From an uncultured delta proteobacterium (GTDB lineage: Bacteria; Myxococcota; Myxococcia; Myxococcales; Myxococcaceae), in assembly GCA_963776345.1 (NCBI GenBank), contig CAVZMH010000024.1, forward strand, positions 32,001-96,000: a DNA stretch of 64,000 nt, written 5' to 3'. Under the pieces are notes generated by a model. The model was not told where the DNA came from, made no database searches, and was given only the letters and a program-made list of their open reading frames with translations. Below, piece by piece: positions 39,048-48,286 of the stretch. The stretch's first letter is position 1. Every line of letters begins with the position of its first letter. The translations under genes and the position numbers were made by a program.

Positions 39048-39938
39048 ACGGCCGAACGGAGAAGGCAGCGCTGGCCGACGGCGTGCTGGTGGTGGTGACC
39101 GCCATCTGGGGCTCCAGCTTCGTGGTGGTGCAGGACGCGGTGAGGCTCGCCGACCCGTTCACCTTCCTGGCGCTCCGCTTCACCGTCGGCGCGGCGGTGC
39201 TCAGCGTCCGGGACTGGCGGGCGCTCGCGGACCGGCGGCTCCTCGTCACCGGAGCTGGGCTCGGGGCGCTGCTCTTCGTCGGGTTCATCACCCAGACCGC
39301 CGGGTTGCAGTACACGACGCCGTCGCGGAGCGGGTTCCTCACCGGCCTCTCGGTGCTGCTGGTGCCGTTCGTCGGGCTGGTCCTGTTCCGGAAGTGGCCG
39401 AGCCCGCCGGTGCTCCTCGGGGTCACGCTCGCGGTGGCCGGGCTGTGGTTCCTGACCGGCGGCATCTCCGGGAGCGGAGGCGCGACGGCGAAGGGGAGAC
39501 CTCCTCACCATCGCCTGCGCGGTCGTCTTCGCCTTCTACATCGTGCTGCTCGAGCCGGCGGCGAGGGTGCACCGCTCGACGCCGCTGGTGGCCGTCCAGC
39601 TCTGGGTGGTTGCCCTGCTGGCGCTGGTGGCGCTGCCCTTCGTCCCCAGGCACCTCACGGCCTCGCCCGCGCTGTGGTGGGCGGTGGTCTACACCGGCGT
39701 GCTGAGCACGGCCGTCTGCCTGCTGGCTCAGACCTGGGCCCAGGCGCGGACGTCGGCGGTACGGGCGGCGCTCATCTTCGCGCTCGAGCCGGTGTTCGCG
39801 GCCATCTGGTCGGTGGCGCTCGGGCGGGAGCGCCTCGGAAGCCGCGAGCTCGCGGGCGGGACGCTCATCGTGCTGGGCATCGTGGCCGCCGAGCTCGGTG
39901 GGGCGCTGTGGGCCCGGCGCCGGCCGGTCCCCTCGTGA
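39044..39938 (+). CDS. DMT/EamA transporter (frameshift near 39496)
   Basis: IWGSSF, QTAGLQYTT; second frame QTWAQ, ALIFALEPVFA. Confidence 0.85.
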
Positions 39939-40133
39939 CGCTCGGTCGCGGTCGAGGCCGTGGCGAGGTCGAGTTGGCTTGGGCGGGGACTGTCAGCACG
40001 CCGGGGTATGAGTCCAGACGCCGCCGGGCCGCCCTGGCAGACGGCGTTCGACCGATGAGCGACGAGCGTCCGACCTCCTCCCGGGCAGTCGAGCCGGTCT
40101 TCGCGGTTCTTCGTTAGAGTCCGCCCCCACGTC

Positions 40134-41111
40134 ATGCCTGTCGAGCTGCGGCGCGGAGGTCTCCACTTGTCGGGCACGGCGCTCTGGCTGGACGCGCACC
40201 GGAAGGCGCCGCTCGCCTTCGTGAGCCACGCCCACTCGGACCACATCGCCCGGCACGAGCGGGTCATCGCCACCCGGGCGACGCTCCGTCTGATGTCGCA
40301 CCGGCTCGGCGCGCTGCCCTCGTCGCTGCCGGTCCCCTACAACCGCCCGTTCGAGCTGGGGCCGCTGTGCCTCGAGCTGCTGCCGGCGGGGCACATCCTC
40401 GGGTCGGCGCAGCTGCGGGTCATCCGCTCGGATGGGACGCGGGTGACGTACACCGGCGACCTGAACCTCGAGGCGTCGTCGACGGCCGAGGCGGTGCAGG
40501 TGGCCGAGTGCGACACGCTGGTGCTCGAGTCGACGTTCGGGCACCCCAGGTACCGCTTCCCCCCCAAGGCCGAGGTGCTCGGGGCGATCGAGGCGTTCGC
40601 GCGCACGACGCTCGAGCGCGGCGCGACGCCGGTGCTCCTGGGCTACAGCCTCGGAAAGAGCCAGGAGGTCATCCGGGCGCTGACGGCGCGGGGGCACAGC
40701 GTGGTGGCCCACGAGTCGGTCTGCGCGGTGGCCGAGGTGTACCGCTCGCTCGGGGTCGAGGTGGGGGCGGTGCGCCGGTTCGACGGGACGTGGCTCCCGG
40801 GCGAGGTGGGCGTGTTCCCGCCGCACGTGTGGAAGTTCGCAAGGCTGCTCCGGCCGTGGCCCCGGCGGACCGCGGTGCTCACCGGGTGGGCAGTGGACCC
40901 CGGAACGGCGCGGCGGTACGGGGCGGACGAGGCGTTCCCGCTGTCCGACCACGCCGACTTCGAGGGGCTGCTCTCCTACGCGAAGGCGACCGGTGCCTCC
41001 GAGGTCCTCACCCACCACGGATTCGCGGAGGAGCTGGCGAGGGCGCTGCGCGACCGCGGCATCGAGGCCCGGCCGCTCGGGACGGTGCGGCAGCTCGACC
41101 TGTTCGGGTGA
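40134..41111 (+). CDS. MBL/beta-CASP-type exonuclease (ligase-associated DNA-damage-response type)
   Basis: SHAHSDH, AGHILGS, YTGD, ESTFG.P.Y.FP, YSLGKSQ, LSDHAD; ends QLDLFG. Confidence 0.85.
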   Translation: MPVELRRGGLHLSGTALWLDAHRKAPLAFVSHAHSDHIARHERVIATRATLRLMSHRLGALPSSLPVPYNRPFELGPLCLELLPAGHILGSAQLRVIRSDGTRVTYTGDLNLEASSTAEAVQVAECDTLVLESTFGHPRYRFPPKAEVLGAIEAFARTTLERGATPVLLGYSLGKSQEVIRALTARGHSVVAHESVCAVAEVYRSLGVEVGAVRRFDGTWLPGEVGVFPPHVWKFARLLRPWPRRTAVLTGWAVDPGTARRYGADEAFPLSDHADFEGLLSYAKATGASEVLTHHGFAEELARALRDRGIEARPLGTVRQLDLFG

Positions 41112-41252
41112 CCGGAGCGGTCGATCGCCAGGTCCTGAAACCTTCTCGGCTGAGGACGCGGATCCGCGGGACCCATCTTGCCCCTGGGGAAGCGGCCTGC
41201 GCGCTCCCCGGGCGCTCCGAGTATCCGGACGGGTCCAACTCGGGACAAGCCC

Positions 41253-41514
41253 GAAAAGCACGTTCCGGCGCGACGAGCGGGACGTGGAGTTGCACGTCAC
41301 ATCCCCGAACGATCTCTCGCCGGGGTGGGGTGCCCGGAGGAGGGCGCTCTTCTCGAACGTCGAAGCGTCCGTCCGGGGATGCGGAATTGCACGTGGCATC
41401 CGGAAAACGCACTCCACGTCCCCGGCGCGTGAGTTCCTCGGCGAACGCGATGGGTGCGGCGCCCCCTCACCGGACCGAGAGATCGTTTCGGAACGTGGAG
41501 TGCAACTTGGCGAT
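41253..41514. repeat. Cluster of degenerate palindromic repeats (ACGTGGAGT/TGCAC family)
   Basis: GGGACGTGGAGTTGCACGTCACATCC (41279), GGGATGCGGAATTGCACGTGGCATCC (~41376), and inverted copies at ~41409 and ~41477. Confidence 0.6.
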
Positions 41515-41842
41515 CTTTCGTCTCCAGCACGCACGGCTCGCGGAGACCCCGGTCACCTCCAGCCCCTCGCACGCCGAGATCTCCACCCTCGGCTCGAGCG
41601 GGCCGCGCGTCGCGAGGTGCGAGCGCCGCTGGCGCGGTTCGGTCCGCGCCTCCCCTGAGCGCTCGGAGCTCGCGCAGGCCGTTCGTCCTGAGCACGGCCC
41701 CCGACGCCCGGGGAGCCGCCGTCGACCCAGGAGCCCACCCTGCTGCATCCGGAGCCCCGGGCGTGTCGAGTCCGGGCCTCGGCTTCACGCCGATCTCGGC
41801 GCGCCGGGCGCTCCTCCGGCCCAGCCGCGGCGGCACAGCCCC

Positions 41843-43291
41843 TCACTCCTCCGGCGACTGGACCAGCAGCTTCTCCTTGCCGCACACCGCGCAGCGGAGA
41901 TGGACGAACAGGTCTCCCTCGCTGTCCTCGGGCACGGTGCCGGCCGGGACTCCGAGCTCCGCCTGGGCCAGCTCGGCGACGCGCTTCGGCACCTCCGCAG
42001 CCGGGAAGGCCTGCAAGGTGAGCATCTCCCGCTCGTGGCACTCGCGGAACTCGGGGCCCTGGAGCCACGCCGGCTCCGTCCCCGCCGGCAGGCGAGACAG
42101 CTGCTCGAGGTGCGTCGCCGACTCGGCCAGGTACGCCAGCCGCCGCAGCCGCGCCTCCTCGGGCAGGTTCGCGTAGGCAGCGAACGCCTCGCCGAGCGCC
42201 TGCCGGTCGTCGCCCACCGCCATCGCCACCAGGTCCAGCGCCGACTCGTGCGCCTCCACCGCCTCGTCCCAGTTGTTCTCCGGGGTGAAGCCGGCCTCGA
42301 GCAGCGCCTCGAAGAGCTGGGTCGCCGCGAGGCGGCGCCGCACCTCGCCCAGCGCCTCCTCGGCGTTGTGCGCCAGCCGCAGCTCCCACAGCGCGCCGGC
42401 CACCCGCGGGTCCACCGCGGCGGTGTGGTCGTCCACCTCGAGCTCCGCCCGCAAGAGCTCGCGCAGTGCGTTGGCGGCGGAGAAGCGGAAGGCGGGCTCC
42501 ACCCCGACCTCGCGGAGGTACATGACCGCGAACGGGGCCTCCTTCGAGCCGAGCCGCAGCGCGTTCTGTGCCCGCTTCACCGTCTCGGGGTCGGTGACCG
42601 GCCGGCTGCCCTCGAGCCGCTGCTTCACCGCCTCGCGCAGCAGGGACTCGAGCCCGGCGCCCGGGGGCAGACGGGTGGGGAGCGGCGGGCGAAGTCCGGG
42701 TGCGTCGAGCACCCAGGAGGGAATCGAGCCGAGGCGCTTCAGCCCGCGGTAGAGCAGGGTGCCCGGCGGGTCCTGCGGCTGGAACGGAGGCGGCTCGCCC
42801 TCGGCGGACCCGGCCAGCGCGGCCACCGTGGCCTGCCGCTGCTCGCGGGTGAAGGACGTCGACCCGTGCACCGGCGGCGGGGGCGGAGGGGGGGCCTCCT
42901 CGCCGTCGAGCCCGTGGACCCGGTCCATGTCCACGTCGTCCAGCTCCAGCGCCTCCAGGCCCTGGGCGCCGGAGAAGTCGCAGCGAAGCAGCTTCAGCCG
43001 CTCGAACGTGGCCCCGTCGAGGTTGGCACCCCGGAAGTCGCAGTCTTGCAGCCGCCCCCCGTGGAAATAGGCGTTCGAGAGGTCCGTGTCCCGGAAGCTG
43101 ACCTTCGACAGGTCGCACCGGTCCCACTCCGACCCCACCAGCACCAGCCCGGACAGGTCGGTGTTGGCGGAGAACAGGTTCTCGAACGTGGCCCCGGTGT
43201 GGTCGGTGGAGACGGTCCCCGCCTTCCGCTGCTTGTTCCACTCCGTGGAGCCGGTCTTCAACAGCTCCTCGATTCTCAATGTCTTCGGCAT
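41843..43291 (-). CDS. Pentapeptide-repeat protein with a large unknown C-terminal region
   Basis: N-terminal repeats TDLSG, CDLSK, VSFRD, TDLSN, CDFRG, ANLDG; poly-Pro linker; terminal HLRCAVC. Confidence 0.85.
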   Translation of the reverse strand: MPKTLRIEELLKTGSTEWNKQRKAGTVSTDHTGATFENLFSANTDLSGLVLVGSEWDRCDLSKVSFRDTDLSNAYFHGGRLQDCDFRGANLDGATFERLKLLRCDFSGAQGLEALELDDVDMDRVHGLDGEEAPPPPPPPVHGSTSFTREQRQATVAALAGSAEGEPPPFQPQDPPGTLLYRGLKRLGSIPSWVLDAPGLRPPLPTRLPPGAGLESLLREAVKQRLEGSRPVTDPETVKRAQNALRLGSKEAPFAVMYLREVGVEPAFRFSAANALRELLRAELEVDDHTAAVDPRVAGALWELRLAHNAEEALGEVRRRLAATQLFEALLEAGFTPENNWDEAVEAHESALDLVAMAVGDDRQALGEAFAAYANLPEEARLRRLAYLAESATHLEQLSRLPAGTEPAWLQGPEFRECHEREMLTLQAFPAAEVPKRVAELAQAELGVPAGTVPEDSEGDLFVHLRCAVCGKEKLLVQSPEE

Positions 43292-43340
43292 AGATGGATC
43301 CTCAGTCTATCGGTGTGCTTCCATCCACCGCCCGAGGAAA

Positions 43341-44318
43341 ATGCTCGAGTTTCGCATCGACAGTGACCACGCGGGGGTGCGGCTCGACAAGGTGCTCCGC
43401 CAGCGCCTGCCCCGGGTCCCTGCCAGCCACCTCCAGAAGATGATCCGCACCAAGAAGGTGCGGGTGAACGGCCGCCGCGCCCAGCCGGAGCAGCCGCTGG
43501 CCGAGGGCGACGTGCTTACCATCCGGGGAGACGAGCGAGCGCTGCTCGGTGAGGCCACCGTCCCGCCGCGGCCGCCCGCGCCCGAGGAGGTCGCCCGGCT
43601 CCGCATCCTCCACGAGGACGCCTGGGTGATGGGGGTGGACAAGCCGTCCGGGCTGGCGGTGCACCCGGGCAGCGGCATCCGGGGCGGCACGCTGGTGGAC
43701 CTGGTCCGCGCCCACCTCGGCCCCCAGGCCGAGCGCAACGGCTTCTGGGCCAGTCCGGCGCACCGGCTCGACCGGGAGACCTCGGGGGTCATCGTGGTGG
43801 CCAAGCGGCGGCCGGCGATGGTCCACTTCACCGAGGTCTTCACCCACGGCGGGGCGAGGAAGCAGTACCTCACCCTGGCCAAGGGGACCTTCCCCCGGGC
43901 CGAGGGGCGGATCGACCTGCCGCTCTCCGAGCGCCAGCAGTCCGCCGAGTCGAAGGCCCGCCGCGGGGTCAACATGCAGGAGGCGGTGACCCGCTACCGC
44001 GTGCTGCGGCAGGGCGGGGAGGCGGCGCTGCTCGAGGTCACGCTGGAGACCGGGCGCACTCACCAGATCCGCCGTCACCTCGCCTCCATCGGGCACCCGG
44101 TGGCCGGCGACCGGAGGTACGGTGACTTCGGCTTCAACCGCGAGGCCCGGGCCCGCTGGGGGCTGAAGCGGCTGTTCCTCCATGCCGAGCGGCTGGAGCT
44201 GCCGCACCCCGAGACCGGCGCCCGGCTGAAGCTGGAGTCGCCGCTGCCCCAGGAGCTGGTGGACGTGCTCCGGCGTGCCGGCATCGTGGCCCCGGGCGGG
44301 GCCAGCGCGGCGCGCTGA
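43341..44318 (+). CDS. RluA/RluC-family pseudouridine synthase with S4 domain
   Basis: RLDKVL, KPSGLAVH, HRLDRETSG, TGRTHQIRRH, GDRRYG, LFLHA. Confidence 0.92.
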   Translation: MLEFRIDSDHAGVRLDKVLRQRLPRVPASHLQKMIRTKKVRVNGRRAQPEQPLAEGDVLTIRGDERALLGEATVPPRPPAPEEVARLRILHEDAWVMGVDKPSGLAVHPGSGIRGGTLVDLVRAHLGPQAERNGFWASPAHRLDRETSGVIVVAKRRPAMVHFTEVFTHGGARKQYLTLAKGTFPRAEGRIDLPLSERQQSAESKARRGVNMQEAVTRYRVLRQGGEAALLEVTLETGRTHQIRRHLASIGHPVAGDRRYGDFGFNREARARWGLKRLFLHAERLELPHPETGARLKLESPLPQELVDVLRRAGIVAPGGASAAR

Positions 44319-44328
44319 GGCCCTCCTC

Positions 44329-45270
44329 TCAGGAGCGTGTCCTCCTCGCCCCGGCCCGCCGCCCCGGGCTGGCCGGGCGAGGGTCGCCCGCCGTCCGGGC
44401 CGACTCGGTTCCGGCCACCGCGAGGAGCCAGGCCCGGAAGGCGACCAGCGCGGGGTGGTTCTCGGACCTCGGGGGGTAGACCAGATGGTGGGCGTATCCG
44501 TCGGGAAGCCGGTGACGGGTGAGCGCCACCAGCCGCCCGCTCTCGATGAGCGGCCGGGCCATCGTCAGCCGGCCCAGCGCCACCCCCATCCCCTCCACCG
44601 CCGCGCGCTGGAGCGAGTCGGTGTCGTCGAACGCGGCCACGTACCGCGCGGGCGGGCTCCCGCCGAAGCGCGCGAACCAGGCGTGCCACCGCTCTCCGAG
44701 GTCCCGGAGCAGCGGGACGCCGGCGAAGTCCCCGCGCCCGGCCTGCGGGAAGCGGCGGAGCAGCCCGGGGCTGCACACCGGCACCATCCACTCCTCGAAG
44801 AGGAGGTGGGCCCGCAGCCCCGGCCAGCCACCCGGCCCGAAGCGGATCGCCGCGTCCACCTCCTCCCGCTCGAAGTCCACCAGGTCGCTGGTGGACTGCA
44901 GGCTGAGCTCCACCTCGGGGTGCAGCGCGGTGAAGGCCGGGAGCCGGGGGATGAGCCAGCTCGACGCCACCGAGGGCATCACGCTCACGGTCAGCGTGTC
45001 CGGGCTCCGCGCCGGCTGGGGCGCGAGCGCGGCGGAGATCGCGTCCAGGTGCGGCGCCACCTGCCCGAAGAGGCGCTCGCCGTGCGGCGTGAGGCGGAGC
45101 CCGCGCGGTCCGCGGTCGAACAGCCGCTGCCCGAGCAGCTCCTCCAGACCTCGCATCTGGTGGCTGAGCGCGCTCACCGTGACGTGCAGCGAGGCCGCGG
45201 CGCGCGAGAGGTTCAGGAGGCGGGCGGCGGCGACGAACCCCGGCAGGACGTGGAGTGGCACCTTGCTCAT
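44329..45270 (-). CDS. LysR-family regulator (GcvA-like)
   Basis: FVAAARLLNLSRAAASLHVTVSALSHQMRGLE HTH; WLIPRL..F...HP; DAAIRFG. Confidence 0.92.
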   Translation of the reverse strand: MSKVPLHVLPGFVAAARLLNLSRAAASLHVTVSALSHQMRGLEELLGQRLFDRGPRGLRLTPHGERLFGQVAPHLDAISAALAPQPARSPDTLTVSVMPSVASSWLIPRLPAFTALHPEVELSLQSTSDLVDFEREEVDAAIRFGPGGWPGLRAHLLFEEWMVPVCSPGLLRRFPQAGRGDFAGVPLLRDLGERWHAWFARFGGSPPARYVAAFDDTDSLQRAAVEGMGVALGRLTMARPLIESGRLVALTRHRLPDGYAHHLVYPPRSENHPALVAFRAWLLAVAGTESARTAGDPRPASPGRRAGARRTRS

Positions 45271-45280
45271 CTTGAGCCCC

Positions 45281-45310
45281 ATTCAAGGTGGAATTGAGAA
45301 ACTCTCTCAT
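45281..45310. promoter_or_regulatory. Candidate LysR binding boxes in the divergent intergenic region
   Basis: Adjacent dyads ATTC-N6-GAAT and TGAGA-N6-TCTCA. Confidence 0.45.
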
Positions 45311-45373
45311 GTCTTCTCTCTCAGCGGGCCATTACCTCTTCGACCGCGTTCAAGACGCGATGGAGGTCGGGTC

Positions 45374-45574
45374 ATGAGCATCTGGAGCGAGCTTCTCTTC
45401 CTGCACGGGCATCTCACCCACGTCCCCGGGTCCGGCGGCGCCGCCGAGCGTCCCGCCCCCGCCAGTCACACCGAGGACGCCGACCGGCTGCGCGAGCTGC
45501 TCGGCTGCCGGTCGGCGTCGATCCCCAGGCCGGAGCCCCGGGGCCCGCTGCTCGGGGTCCGGGGCCTCACTTGA
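45374..45574 (+). CDS. 66-aa hypothetical protein (LLFLHGH motif)
   Basis: GGAGG RBS upstream of ATG 45374; MSIWSELLFLHGHL. Confidence 0.6.
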   Translation: MSIWSELLFLHGHLTHVPGSGGAAERPAPASHTEDADRLRELLGCRSASIPRPEPRGPLLGVRGLT

Positions 45575-45610
45575 CGGGGGGCCCGGACATCAGGTAACCA
45601 TTTGGCTACC
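45571..45610 (+). promoter_or_regulatory. Promoter overlapped by an ArsR-type operator
   Basis: TTGACG at 45571; palindrome GGTAACCA-TT-TGGCTACC (45593-45610) directly before the ArsR ATG. Confidence 0.65.
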
Positions 45611-45611
45611 G

Positions 45612-45938
45612 ATGCACCGGGCCCGGGCACACGCCGACGTCTTCCGCGCCATCGCCGACCCCACCCGGCGCGCCCTCCTGGATCGCCTTCGCGCCGGGGG
45701 CCGCCCCGTCGGCGAGCTCGCCGCGGACTTCCGCACCAGCCGCCCCGCCATCTCCAAGCACCTCCGAGTCCTCCGCCAGGCGCAGCTGGTCCGCGAGCGC
45801 CGCGAGGGACGGATGCGCCGCTACGAGCTCACCCCTGCGCCGCTGGCCGAGGCCTTCGGCTGGATCGAGGGCTACCGAGCCTTCTGGGCGCTCAATCTGC
45901 AGAGCCTGAAGCGACACCTCGAGGGAGGAGACCGATGA
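45612..45938 (+). CDS. ArsR/SmtB-family repressor
   Basis: VFRAIADPTRR, SRPAISKHLRVL, RREGR. Confidence 0.92.
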   Translation: MHRARAHADVFRAIADPTRRALLDRLRAGGRPVGELAADFRTSRPAISKHLRVLRQAQLVRERREGRMRRYELTPAPLAEAFGWIEGYRAFWALNLQSLKRHLEGGDR

Positions 45939-46405
45939 CCGCGGTGGCCGACGTGCAGGCAGGGACCGTCCGGGCGACGGTGGAGATCGCCGCCCCGCCC
46001 GAGGCAGTGTTCCGGGCGCTCACCGACCCGGGCGAGCTGGCCCGCTGGTGGGGAAGCCCGGACCTGTACCAGACCGAGGACTGGAAGGTGGACCTCCGCC
46101 CGGGTGGCAGCTGGAGCTGCCAGGCCAGGAGCGCACAGGGCAGCTCGGAGGTGCGGGGCCAGTACCTCGCCGTCGAGCCACCGCGACTGCTGGAGTACAC
46201 CTGGGAGCCGAGCTGGGAGCAGTACCGGCAGACCATCATCCGCTGCACGCTCGAGCCGGTGCCCGGTGGCACGCGGGTCAGCGTGCTCCACCGGGGCTTC
46301 ACCGCCGAGGAGTCGACCCGGGGCCACGCCGACGGGTGGACCCGGGTGCTCGGCTGGCTCGCCGGCCGCTTCGCCGGCACCCACTCCACCCAAGCGACCG
46401 CCTAG
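45935..46405 (+). CDS. SRPBCC/AHSA1 domain protein
   Basis: IAAPPEAVFRALTDP..LARWW, DLRPGG, GW..VL; ATGA overlap with the ArsR gene. Confidence 0.88.
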   Translation: MTAVADVQAGTVRATVEIAAPPEAVFRALTDPGELARWWGSPDLYQTEDWKVDLRPGGSWSCQARSAQGSSEVRGQYLAVEPPRLLEYTWEPSWEQYRQTIIRCTLEPVPGGTRVSVLHRGFTAEESTRGHADGWTRVLGWLAGRFAGTHSTQATA

Positions 46406-48286
46406 GCCCGCCGCCTCCGCCGGACGAAGGCCAGGAGCCCGAGCAGCGCGAGCCACGGTGCGGGCGGACCGGACGAGGCGGTGCAGCCGCTCTTGCTGCC
46501 GCCGCCGGTCACGCCGGCGTTGACCGTCAGCTTCGCCTGGTCGTTCGCGGTGTTGAGGTTTGAGACGGAGGCGACGGTGGCCGTCGTCGTGGCGCTGTTC
46601 CCCGAGCTCGCCTTGAGGGTGGTGGTGATGGTCTTCGTCGCCCCGGAGGAGATCGCCCAGCTCGCAGGGGAAGGCCGTGGTGCAGGCACCCGAGTTGGAG
46701 ACGAAGGTGAGGCCCGAGAGCGCGTTGGTGACCGTGACCGCGATGGCCACGTCGGGCCCCGGATTGGTCACCGTGAAGGTGAAGGTGCCGCTCTCTCCCG
46801 AGCCCAGCGTGGAGGGCCCGCTGCCAGTGATGGCCAGGTCCACCGCGAACCACCCGATGTCCCGGAGGAGCGGGAGGGTCAGGTCGAGCGTGTGGGGCAG
46901 GTCCCCGTTGATGACGGGCTCCATCAGGAGGTTGGGGAAGGCCGAGGTGTCCCAGTGCGAGACCGACGAGCCCGGCTGCAGCGTGCTCGGCGCGTACAGG
47001 AGCGGCCGCAGGGACGCGTCCGCGCCCTGGTAGCCCTGGCTCGGGTCCCGGACGATCTGGGCGTTCACGGTGCCGGCGCCCACCGCGTCCTTCAGCTCCT
47101 GCCCGTCGGTCTGGGTCATGAAGAGGACGGGGATGGTGATGTCGGGCGCGGTCCCCGACGGAGTGATGAGACCGGTGACGTTGTTGGCGATCAGCAGGCC
47201 GATGGCCCCTGCGTCCTGGGCGTTCCGGGCCTTCTCCACGAAGGTGCAGCCCGCATCCGGGGTCGGGTCCGCCCCGGTCGAGGATGGCGATCTGCCCATC
47301 GAGCGCGGCGAGCGGTCCGGAGCCGGTGCATCCCCACTGGGTCGATCCCACGCCGAGCGGGCCCGAGACCGGGGAGGTGCCGATCTGGCCGCTGAACTGC
47401 GCGACGGTCACCTGGCTGTAGTCCTTCACCACCGACGGGGTGGCGGGCGCGGAGGTCACCCGCACCAGCGGAGGGTACGCCAGGGTCGAGGGCACGGCGG
47501 CCTTCGCCGAGGGGCCATCCCACGCCAGGCCCCCGCTGATCGCCGAGGCCTTGCGCCCGGCGGCGTCGAGGTCGCTCCAGTGGCTCCCGGTGCTCTCGTC
47601 GAGCATGAAGTAGCTCCAGATGTCCGGCTCGTTCTGCTCGAAGCTCGCCGGTGCTGTTGTCGGTGAGGCTGAGGAAGCCGAGGCCGTGGCCGAACTCGTG
47701 GAGCACCACGGTGAGCAGGTCGATCAGGTTTCCGTGCTGGTTGTCGAGGCCGTAGTAGAAGCGGAGCCCGTTGCAGTTCGTGGCGTTCGGATCGTCCAGC
47801 GACGAGTTGAAGCGGGCCAGGATGTCGTAGTTGGCCGGATCGGTGCCCGTCCCGGAGAGCAGCGGCTTCCCGGCGAACCGCTCGGTCAGCGCCGAGACGT
47901 ACCAGGTGCTCGGCTTCGGGAAGACGGTCGGCGCGACGCCGCCGTCCAGCGTGGGGTCGTCGCTGGCGAAGATGTTGGTCGGGCCCGCGCTTCCGAGCGT
48001 GGCGCCGCTGGTGTCGCAGGTCAGCGGCTCGAAGTGCGACAGCACGGTGATCGGGACCGGGCTGTCCAGTGCGTCGCCCCAGATGCGCGGCCGCCTCCTG
48101 GAAGACGGCCAGCCGCTGCTCGCCGAGCGTGGTCCCGGGGTTCCCCCCGACGGCGGCCACCGGGGTGGTGTCGTTGAACCCGGCATCGGGCGGGTCGGCG
48201 TTGACGATGACCACCGTCGCCTTGCCGTGCGCGGCGGCGGCGGCGAGGAGCAGCGCTCCGCCCAGGACTCCCGCGAGCCCCTTCAC
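46402..48286 (-). CDS. Secreted HExxH metallopeptidase with PA domain, DUF11-like Ig domain and MYXO-CTERM-like tail (about 4 apparent frameshifts)
   Basis: VGGNPGTTLGEQR, HEFGHGLGF, PA (CTFVEKARNAQDAGA), SVSHWD, LLMEP, KSGC...WLALLGLLAFVRRRRRA. Confidence 0.75.

Noticed and set aside
41253..41514. Possible CRISPR array
   Set aside because: Repeats are degenerate, in mixed orientation and irregularly spaced; no cas genes in the window
36932..43366. 1061-aa and 999-aa plus-strand ORFs
   Set aside because: Shadow frames; only short internal segments (e.g. the DMT N-terminal half) look like real protein
7540..48100. Programmed ribosomal frameshifting at the broken genes
   Set aside because: No shared slippery heptamer seen; the breaks are scattered over unrelated families, as expected for sequencing indels
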